64,000 nucleotides of DNA from NCBI GenBank assembly GCA_963827165.1, contig CAWGZR010000012.1, positions 64,001-128,000 of the forward strand, given 5' to 3'. A model generated the notes under the pieces. That model was not told the origin of the DNA, searched no databases, and saw only the letters and a list, made by a program, of their open reading frames with translations. Of this stretch, positions 12,335 through 19,940 are shown piece after piece; the stretch's first letter is position 1, and each line of letters begins with the position of its first letter. A program made the translations under genes and the position numbers. Source of the DNA: Candidatus Bathyarchaeota archaeon (GTDB lineage Archaea; Thermoproteota; Bathyarchaeia; Bathyarchaeales; Bathycorpusculaceae).

Positions 12335-12891
12335 GGGCGGCCTAACCCTTTTTTTCGATCAAACTCCATCGTGTCAGTGCAAAAGACCCAATCGGGATCT
12401 AGCCAATCTACGACATCATAATGGCACGTAACGGCTATGAACCTCTTTTTAGAGCGTCGAACAGCCTTGCTGATTGCAAAGGCGCTAACTTTAGCAATTT
12501 CCCGATCGACAACGCTTGTGAACTCATCAAAAACAATCAACGGCTTATCCAAGCAAAGGGCGCGGGCTATATCAACCCGCATCTTTTCGCCTTGACTCAA
12601 GCAATCATAGCTTTTTAGCCAATCAGGCGGGGAAGCAAAGCCCACACTGCAAAGCATCCGGGTGATCTCTGACGTTTCCAGAGCTTCTGGGAAATCATCT
12701 AGAACACATTTGTTTTTGTAATCAAATTCCTTAACATAAGCGTCTGGGAAAAGCTGTTTTGCTATGCTTGTTTTGCCTGAGCCGCTTCGGCCAACGATAA
12801 CGCCGACCTGCCAATCATCCGCATCTATGGGTAATGAGCCTTTGAAATGCTTCTCTAACTTAACATCAGATAGCGTGTAGCTGCCAACCAC
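12268..12891 (-). CDS. Soluble ABC-type ATPase (reading frame extends upstream to ~12948)
   Basis: GRSGSGKT Walker A, LSQGEKMR signature, IVFDEFTSVVDR Walker B, CHYD H-loop; no permease nearby. Confidence 0.9.
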   Translation of the reverse strand: MVGSYTLSDVKLEKHFKGSLPIDADDWQVGVIVGRSGSGKTSIAKQLFPDAYVKEFDYKNKCVLDDFPEALETSEITRMLCSVGFASPPDWLKSYDCLSQGEKMRVDIARALCLDKPLIVFDEFTSVVDREIAKVSAFAISKAVRRSKKRFIAVTCHYDVVDWLDPDWVFCTDTMEFDRKKGLGRPWNSKSIGAALSFGRYFGNIII

Positions 12892-12929
12892 ACTTTGAGC
12901 ACGAAAGCTATCAGCTTGATCCCAACGCT

Positions 12930-13499
12930 TTACAATGTCAAAATCCGTAGCTTATACCCCTCCAGCTTGAGCTTATCAAAGATGCTTTTCTGATCGGCTT
13001 CATCTTGGCATTCAACAATGATTTCGTAGGTTGAAGGAATAGTTGCTGAAAAGTTATCTTCATCCGACTCCTCGGGCAGTTTCTCGCCTAAAGACTCCAA
13101 TAGTGCTTTTAGATCGTCTTTTTCGCCCATCTGAAGCAACCGTACGTACTCAGCGGTGTCTAATTCTTTATTGTGTTTGCCTTTCAGCTTGTTGAGGATT
13201 TGGCGCAGCATTCGCCGGTCAACGTCAGTAACGGGCAGACGTAGAACGGGCGCAAAGAATTCTCCATGCTGCTTGCAAACTACAGCCCTTTGCTCCCCGT
13301 CGGCGTAGACGCCGTCTTTGTTAGCTATAATCGGATATGCCCATCCGTACTTCTGCAGGCTATGCCAGACCTGCTGTTGCTGCTTAAGTGTCATGCGATT
13401 TGGATTATCTTGGTCTGTTGTTAGAAGACGAATATCCTCTACCAGTTGAAGGTAGGCTTCCGGTACTTTGATCGTAGTTTTATTTTCCATAAACTCCAC
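12930..13499 (-). CDS. ParB/Srx-like N-terminal domain protein
   Basis: NPN...SLQKYGWAYPII...DGEQR...LNKLKG pattern typical of phage ParB-like proteins. Confidence 0.75.
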   Translation of the reverse strand: MEFMENKTTIKVPEAYLQLVEDIRLLTTDQDNPNRMTLKQQQQVWHSLQKYGWAYPIIANKDGVYADGEQRAVVCKQHGEFFAPVLRLPVTDVDRRMLRQILNKLKGKHNKELDTAEYVRLLQMGEKDDLKALLESLGEKLPEESDEDNFSATIPSTYEIIVECQDEADQKSIFDKLKLEGYKLRILTL

Positions 13500-13935
13500 T
13501 TCCCGTTAAAACCTTGGCCAATTCTTCATTGAAAGGTTCATTCTTAGCAAGTTCGTTTTCAATTTCAGCTGCTCTTTTAGAGGCATCTTGCTTCTCCTTA
13601 ACTGTTTCAAGCCCTAGTAAAGTCACAAGCCGATCCGTTATGTCCACCATTCTTGAGAGGAAAATTGGCTTCTGGGCTTCGTTTGCTGTTTGAAAATGAA
13701 GGCTGGCGGTGCGATAGAGATAGTCATAACGGTTTACGAGTATAAGCCGAGCTTTATCCAGGTCAAAGAGCTGGGTTAAGACAGGTTGCCAAGTCTCGCG
13801 GGTTTCCGCGTCATAGTAGATATTTCTATCTGACGTTTGGAATTTTTCGCTCAGCAGCTTCACAATCTCACAGAGGGAGAAGCCTTTAGCTTCGAGCTTT
13901 AGAAATTCCAGGCGTCTTTCAACGACTTCACTCAA
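13480..13935 (-). CDS. HTH protein, terminase-small-subunit-like
   Basis: ERRLEFLKL..KGFSLCEIVKLLSEKF.TSDRNIYYD HTH followed by a helical C-terminus. Confidence 0.5.
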   Translation of the reverse strand: MSEVVERRLEFLKLEAKGFSLCEIVKLLSEKFQTSDRNIYYDAETRETWQPVLTQLFDLDKARLILVNRYDYLYRTASLHFQTANEAQKPIFLSRMVDITDRLVTLLGLETVKEKQDASKRAAEIENELAKNEPFNEELAKVLTGSGVYGK

Positions 13936-14723
13936 GCAAAATCCTCCAAAATTGAAACCCGGATTTCAAAATCGCTATAGTTTGTGGTTCGCCTCAGCAT
14001 ATCGCCTTCCAGCTTTACTTCTCGGCGATGCTGCTCTGTTAGGAAGCAGTAGGGTTTCTCAAAGGTTGGAAGGTGGTATTTTCTGCAGATTTTGAAGTAG
14101 GCTTCCACTATCTCGAAAATGTCGCTGTCGGGGAAACACTCTTGAAAAGCTTTGATGTTTGGGGCACGGTTCCAGTTATAGGTTAAGTGCCAGTAGAGAC
14201 GCAGACAGATCTTCTCGTATTCGGTAGCTTGCTTTTGCAAGACATCCACTTTATCATAAATCACTTTCATTTGCAAAAGTGCCTGAACGAAGGTCCTTCT
14301 TTTAGGGTTTTCGCGTGCTTTAGCTATGTTAATTTGGTAAGGTTCTTCGGGTTCTTCGTCCCATTCCTGCCCAAGCATTTTTGCCTCTTCTTGTGACTGA
14401 GGGTACTTCTCAAGCAGGTATTTTCGGGTTTTAGCGTATGTTACCATGATTTCCCATTCGGCACCAGACATTAACGAAAGGTCGTTGCCATCTTCGTCTA
14501 AGACTTCAGGCCACAACTGCTTTAGAGTAAAATTGTTGGGATCTATGCCCTCTTTCTTAAGCTTCTCAAGGACCTCAGCTGATAATGAAGCACTTAATGG
14601 CTTCTGCTCATTTTGGGAATGTTCTCTTATCTTTTCCTTGAAATCTTCAAACATGTTTTCTCTCTTACTTTGGATTTTTCCTGTTGCCAGCATTCCTTTC
14701 CTTTTGCTTTGCTCTTTGCTCAC
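13932..14723 (-). CDS. Hypothetical protein
   Basis: 263 aa ORF with a 4-nt overlap with the next gene. Confidence 0.7.
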   Translation of the reverse strand: MSKEQSKRKGMLATGKIQSKRENMFEDFKEKIREHSQNEQKPLSASLSAEVLEKLKKEGIDPNNFTLKQLWPEVLDEDGNDLSLMSGAEWEIMVTYAKTRKYLLEKYPQSQEEAKMLGQEWDEEPEEPYQINIAKARENPKRRTFVQALLQMKVIYDKVDVLQKQATEYEKICLRLYWHLTYNWNRAPNIKAFQECFPDSDIFEIVEAYFKICRKYHLPTFEKPYCFLTEQHRREVKLEGDMLRRTTNYSDFEIRVSILEDFA

Positions 14724-14943
14724 GTTTTACAATTCGCCAATATTTGCGGATCTCAGGTGAATGCTTGAATGCTTTCACAGTGTCCATGACAGAGGATTTT
14801 GAGCTTGTAGCTTATGAATAGCATATAAAATTTTTTAAAATAATCTTCTTGACGAACTAAGTATTAATCAAAAAGTTAAATTCAGAATATTCCGTTTAAG
14901 CGCCATTACCTAAAAGAAAAAGAACTCTAAAAAATTTTAGGGT

Positions 14944-16323
14944 CTACAATCTAAGTAGATATTTGTCCTCGCTTAATGTTTGCAACAAGCTCCATCCATC
15001 ACCAAGCTTCTTCATTAGCTCGGTTTCTCCTTTTGCAACTGTGTACTTTTTCTGTTGAGGTATAGGCCTATTGTGTTCACTTGTTGGTTTAGATTGCGGT
15101 TTAACTTCTTCTCCCGACTCTTGTTCGTGTTGATCATTATCGTCTTTAAAGCGTCTGAACTCAGTGATTGCTTCCTCAGGGTCTTTTGATCGCTGTAAGG
15201 CATCTTCTAATTTCTTAAGTTGGTCTACTCCGTAACCGTTAAGTTTAGCAAAGTCCAGCAGCATTTGACTTCTAAGCTTCTTCTCATCCAATACTCGAGC
15301 ACCTTCATGCAAAAACTCAAGGTCAGGAAGAGCCTGTTTATACTTTGCACGAAGTTGTTCAATTAGTGGCTTCGAATAAGGTGCTTCTTCACCGCTAACT
15401 TTTCTGCCTTTAATTTTCTTAATCCAGTTGTTAGAACAGCCAGCGTTTTCTAAAGCAGTTTGAACAATCCTTCGCCCATCATGGAAAGTAAAATCAACAT
15501 TTGCTCTTTGCTCAAGCATTGTTGCTTTCTTGGCGATAATGCGGTAACTCAAAGGCTCTCCGATATTGCGTTTAACTGATAAGAATACGTAGTCGTCATT
15601 TGTCCACTTATGATTAAATGTGGTTTCCATCCATCGCCTGTATTCAATTAGTACTTTTTTTGCTTCAGGTGTTAGGAAGGTTTCTTGTTTTACTCCTCGA
15701 TACTTTCCTTTGCCATGACCTTTAATCATGTCAGAGGGCAAAGATATGTGGGGAATCTCTTGCGTTTGCCAATCCGCTTCAAAGTGTGAGAAACGAAGTT
15801 TTGAGATTGACTCTATCGCTATCGCCGAGGTTGTTCCTAACATAACTAATGCTTGGTCTCTGGGGTTTCGACATGCTTTGAACAGTGCTAAACGATTTTC
15901 TTTAGATGGCACAGTTTGGCTTTCATTTTGTATATAAGGCATTGACCGCCCAGCTTGAGCTTGTAGCTGCTTATAGTTAGTTCTGAAGAATCCTCTCACA
16001 CATTGAGCCACATGCCACTTGCGTCCTTCTGGAAAATTGACTTTTGCGTTAGATAGACTGTCGAGTAGCTTCTCTGCGTCTAAGCTGTTAGAATCCTTTT
16101 TCAAATCTAGGAGGCCATTAGGGTCTAAGTGTGACCACGTGCAGAAGTGATAGAGCGACATGGCTACATTGCCTTGTCTATTATTGAGTTTTCCGAGATA
16201 GTTCATCACGCATTCATAGTTTTTTGCCCAACCGTCGATGATCGTGTTTTCCGTGTAACCATACTTTAAATTCTTCTGCTTGTCTTTTATTATACTCATG
16301 ACCTCGCCACTCTCAAGCAACAC
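14944..16323 (-). CDS. Tyrosine recombinase/integrase (likely start ATG 16299)
   Basis: RDQALVML, K (IKGHGK), FHDGRR and a C-terminal Tyr (APYS). Confidence 0.85.
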   Translation of the reverse strand: MLLESGEVMSIIKDKQKNLKYGYTENTIIDGWAKNYECVMNYLGKLNNRQGNVAMSLYHFCTWSHLDPNGLLDLKKDSNSLDAEKLLDSLSNAKVNFPEGRKWHVAQCVRGFFRTNYKQLQAQAGRSMPYIQNESQTVPSKENRLALFKACRNPRDQALVMLGTTSAIAIESISKLRFSHFEADWQTQEIPHISLPSDMIKGHGKGKYRGVKQETFLTPEAKKVLIEYRRWMETTFNHKWTNDDYVFLSVKRNIGEPLSYRIIAKKATMLEQRANVDFTFHDGRRIVQTALENAGCSNNWIKKIKGRKVSGEEAPYSKPLIEQLRAKYKQALPDLEFLHEGARVLDEKKLRSQMLLDFAKLNGYGVDQLKKLEDALQRSKDPEEAITEFRRFKDDNDQHEQESGEEVKPQSKPTSEHNRPIPQQKKYTVAKGETELMKKLGDGWSLLQTLSEDKYLLRL

Positions 16324-16494
16324 CTTGTATAGCTTTACCTATATTAATGATACTATTTGTATAGCTTCTCCCAAAACATTAAACATCAAAGCGTTAGGCG
16401 CATCGTCTGGGTACAAGCACGTGGAATCTCACTTCGCCCACGTACATCGAACCCTAACGAGGGAAATTGCAGTGTTTGAAAAGGTGCAAAACAA

Positions 16495-17418
16495 ATGAGT
16501 ATCCGCGTGGTTTTCCTAGGAACAAGCGGCAGCGTGCCAACTCTTAAGCGGAGTTTACCCAGCGTAGTCATCGTTTGCCCACGGCAAATGTGGATGTTTG
16601 ATTGCGGCGAAAATACGCAGCGGCAAATGATGCAAGCAAAAGTAAGCTTCCACAAAAAACTAAATGTTTTCCTTACACACCTCCACGGAGACCATGTACT
16701 TGGATTGCCCGGAATTTTGCAGACGATGGCGCTGATGGACCGCAAAGAACCTGTCCAGATTTACGGTCCGCCAGGCATCAAGAATTTTTTAGTTTGCACT
16801 AAAGAAACGCTTAATTTCGGTTTAACTTTCCCCGTAGAAATCAACGAAATCCTTTCTGAAGGCACCATTCTCAATGAGGAAGAGTACAGCCTGATAGCAG
16901 CAAAATCAAATCACGCCGTTGAAAGTTATGCTTACGCTTTTGTAGAGAAGCCACGGCCAGGAAAATTCTATCCCAAAAAAGCGCAAGCACTTGGAATTCC
17001 TTTGGGCGAATTATGGTCTAAACTTCAAAACGGCGAAGAGATTACATTGGCTGATGGCAGATGGATTAAGCCAAACGATGTGATGGGTCCCCATAGACCT
17101 GGAAGGAAAATCGTTTACACAGGCGACACAAGACCATTTGACGTCTTTGCCAAATTCGCTGCAAACGCTGACTTAGTGATTCATGAAAGCACTTTTGACG
17201 ACGCGTTAGCTGAAAAAGCCCAGTTGGATGGGCATTCAACCCCGAGCCAAGCTGCGGCAGAGACTAAAGCGGCTGGGGCTAAGCAGTTGGTTTTGACACA
17301 TATCAGCGCACGATACCCTGACGCCACGTTGCTGCTTGAGCAAGCGAAAAAAGTCTTTGCAAATACGCTGGTGGCTGAGGATTTCATGAAGCTTGATTTG
17401 CCGCTTAAATCAAGCTAA
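16495..17418 (+). CDS. rnz: Ribonuclease Z
   Basis: FLGTSGSVP, DCGE, THLHGDHVLG, YTGDT, HEST, GHST and THISARY motifs. Confidence 0.96.
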   Translation: MSIRVVFLGTSGSVPTLKRSLPSVVIVCPRQMWMFDCGENTQRQMMQAKVSFHKKLNVFLTHLHGDHVLGLPGILQTMALMDRKEPVQIYGPPGIKNFLVCTKETLNFGLTFPVEINEILSEGTILNEEEYSLIAAKSNHAVESYAYAFVEKPRPGKFYPKKAQALGIPLGELWSKLQNGEEITLADGRWIKPNDVMGPHRPGRKIVYTGDTRPFDVFAKFAANADLVIHESTFDDALAEKAQLDGHSTPSQAAAETKAAGAKQLVLTHISARYPDATLLLEQAKKVFANTLVAEDFMKLDLPLKSS

Positions 17419-18197
17419 GCGAGAAGCTGTTTGAGTTTGTGGAGGGTTTCATTAACGTCGGTTACGGATTCGATCATTACAGTTTTGTCATAGCCAGTTT
17501 TGTTTATGGTTTGTTTGAACCACTCGTAGTCGATTTTGCCTTTTCCTACGCCCTTATGCTGGTCGTCTGAGCCGTCGTTGTCGCTTGCGTGTATGTGAAC
17601 GATTTTGTCGGCTAGCAGGTTGAAGAAGGGTTCTATTTGGTCTTCCAGGTAGGCGTGCCCCAGATCTAATGTGATGCCTAAGGGAAGGTTGGTTTCACGG
17701 TAAAACCGCATGAACTCTTCGGGTTTATGCATCAGAAACCAGTATTTACCTGGCAAATTTTCCAATGCGATATTTAAGCCGTATTCTTCCGCTGCCTCGT
17801 AGAGTTTTTTGATGCTTTCGACGTTTTGTTTCCATTCGGCGCCTGGGTAAAATTGGCTGATGCCTGTTTTCGCGCCAGGATGGAAAACCCACACTTTGGC
17901 ATCCAATTCGTTTGCGTAAGCCATCGATTGTTTGAGGCGCTTTAGTGAGGCATCTAAAATGCTTTTGGATGGGGAAGCAATATTGATGTCGGCGAAGGGC
18001 GCGTGCAAAGTAAATTCCAAGTTGAGGCTTTTTGCTGTCTCTTTGAGGGCGGCTACCCTTTTCTTGCTGAGCTCATGGATGCCATCATCCACGATTTCGA
18101 TGTACCGTGTTTCCATGGTGTTTAAGCGTTTAACCATACGGTTGAAAGGTTCGCCTAAGCAAAAAAGCATTGAAACGCCAACTTTAGCCTTTGACAT
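17415..18197 (-). CDS. Sugar phosphate isomerase/epimerase (AP endonuclease 2 TIM barrel)
   Basis: HAPFADINIAS, LENL, LDLGHA and HIHASDN...DQH motifs. Confidence 0.85.
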   Translation of the reverse strand: MSKAKVGVSMLFCLGEPFNRMVKRLNTMETRYIEIVDDGIHELSKKRVAALKETAKSLNLEFTLHAPFADINIASPSKSILDASLKRLKQSMAYANELDAKVWVFHPGAKTGISQFYPGAEWKQNVESIKKLYEAAEEYGLNIALENLPGKYWFLMHKPEEFMRFYRETNLPLGITLDLGHAYLEDQIEPFFNLLADKIVHIHASDNDGSDDQHKGVGKGKIDYEWFKQTINKTGYDKTVMIESVTDVNETLHKLKQLLA

Positions 18198-18286
18198 AAC
18201 GTTTTACCTCAAATGTTAACTGGGTAATTGCTGTTAAGAGTTGGAATGACTTAAAAACTTAGTCTACGAGGTCGGTTAAAAAGGTT

Positions 18287-18805
18287 CTAAGGGAACAGTT
18301 TTCTACCACATTGCTGCCTTTGGATGAAGGCGGCTGTTCGAGTGGTTTTGCACTGCATGTCCCTAACACGCAGAGCTATTTCTGCGAATTCTCTTATGGT
18401 TGAGTGTTGGAAATCATATGATGGGGTTCCGTAACGTAAGCCTGAGCACATTGTGTCACCATAAATGTAGAATCGTAAGCCGCGATAATCGTAGGCTGCT
18501 TGTTTTTCTTCGCCATATTTGGGTTCTGTCATCACTTTGAAGGGCCAAATCTTGCATGCTTCGGGCTTCATATTTTGTAGGTCACAATAGTAGTTGTTAA
18601 CGTCGTTGCAGAGAAAGGCACATGAGCCGTCGCCGAAGCGTTTAATGAAGAAGCGGTTTAAATCTGAACTGGTTGTTTCCACTCCGAAAGTTTTCGTAAG
18701 TCGTAGCCACTCGGGAAAGCTTAAGACTACACTGTAGAGTTTGCAGCAGTAGCCGCATGCTTTGCACTGCCAGTCAGCTATTTTCTGCCATGGAACGAAC
18801 TGCAT
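18287..18805 (-). CDS. YkgJ-family Cys-cluster protein
   Basis: CKACGYCC...CAFL...C...KPEACKIWPF. Confidence 0.85.
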   Translation of the reverse strand: MQFVPWQKIADWQCKACGYCCKLYSVVLSFPEWLRLTKTFGVETTSSDLNRFFIKRFGDGSCAFLCNDVNNYYCDLQNMKPEACKIWPFKVMTEPKYGEEKQAAYDYRGLRFYIYGDTMCSGLRYGTPSYDFQHSTIREFAEIALRVRDMQCKTTRTAAFIQRQQCGRKLFP

Positions 18806-18889
18806 TTCTCAGGGTACACTCACAAAACCGACAAGAATAGGGTGGCTAAAAATGTTTTTCCAACAAGAAATGAGGTTTCCCAAAAAAAT

Positions 18890-19366
18890 TTAGGGTTTTC
18901 GGTAAAGGTAGATGGTGTGTGAAGGGTAGCCGAGCTGAGGGTTTTCGCAGAAGTTCTCAACTTTTTCGGGGTGCCAACCGATGATTTCGTAGTCGTGGGA
19001 TACGACTCGTGCACCTTTTTTGAGGTCGCTGTCAAGTTTGGGCCTAATTTTCTCGTTTGCGCTTGTCGTAAGGTACAGGTAGACTACGTCGGCTTCCGTG
19101 AGGTTAACGTTGAACATGTCGCTATTCACTATGGTTACCCTGTTTTCGAGGCCGTTTTCGTGGATTGACCCCATTGCTTTCTTTGCTAAATCCTCGCGAA
19201 GTTCAATGCCGACGCCGCGGGCGCCGAAGGTTTTTGCTGCCATGATTACGGTTCTGCCATCTCCTGAACCCATGTCAAAAAGTACTTCGCCTGCTTTCAA
19301 ATCAGCGAGCTTGAGCATGTATTCAACCACGGTGCTTGGACTTGGAACAAAGGGTGCGATAAACAT
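18890..19366 (-). CDS. SAM-dependent protein lysine methyltransferase, aKMT-like
   Basis: APFVPSP..VV..ML, DMGSGDGR, VYLYL, RVVSHDY, HTIYLY; GGTGA RBS before ATG 19366. Confidence 0.8.
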   Translation of the reverse strand: MFIAPFVPSPSTVVEYMLKLADLKAGEVLFDMGSGDGRTVIMAAKTFGARGVGIELREDLAKKAMGSIHENGLENRVTIVNSDMFNVNLTEADVVYLYLTTSANEKIRPKLDSDLKKGARVVSHDYEIIGWHPEKVENFCENPQLGYPSHTIYLYRKP

Positions 19367-19393
19367 ACAATTCACCTGTTTAACAAGTTGCTC

Positions 19394-19720
19394 CTATGCC
19401 ACATAGCCATCTTTTTTCGGGAGAGGTCTTCTTGCTTCGCCGCATTTTACGCAACTTTGGGCGCATAGGTCGAGGTATTTTTCTTCGTCCGCTGAGTCGA
19501 CTGCTTTGGATGCTTTGAGACATAGTTCACTTGGCTCGCTACAGCCTTCTTCTTTGCATAGGGTTGAAATGTAACGGCAAACTTCTTTCACGTCTTGAGG
19601 CTCCAAGATTGCTCTGTTGGTGCGTACAAGCAGGCAAAGCTCCCTTGCCATGACACAGGTCTTCACGTATTTGATTCGTTCAAGAACTTCGTTGCGTAAA
19701 TTCCTTCGGCTTATTTCCAC
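19394..19720 (-). CDS. Cys-rich hypothetical protein
   Basis: 108 aa ORF with 9 Cys. Confidence 0.65.
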   Translation of the reverse strand: MEISRRNLRNEVLERIKYVKTCVMARELCLLVRTNRAILEPQDVKEVCRYISTLCKEEGCSEPSELCLKASKAVDSADEEKYLDLCAQSCVKCGEARRPLPKKDGYVA

Positions 19721-19940
19721 GCTTCATATTCACCTACTGGTATAGTGAGCAATTAAGAAAAATTAAGAGGTTCTATGCTTAAAAAGTTAATGTTATTGAA
19801 GAGTTTCGATTTAAAACAGATAAGCCAACAGAATTCATAGAGGCAGAAAGCAAATTCAACCGTATTTTTTTTCCAAGTGAACTCTTATGTTCAACTGAAA
19901 AGAAATTTTCACCAAACAAGGGTGAAACAGCTTGTCCCTT

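Larger units (their letters stand above)
1..16370. mobile_element. Integrated archaeal mobile element (left end outside window; right boundary approximate)
   Basis: Primase-MCM replication gene, type I R-M, ParB/ABC/GNAT cassette and a terminal tyrosine integrase, followed abruptly by core genes (rnz). No att repeat can be seen within the window. Confidence 0.8.
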
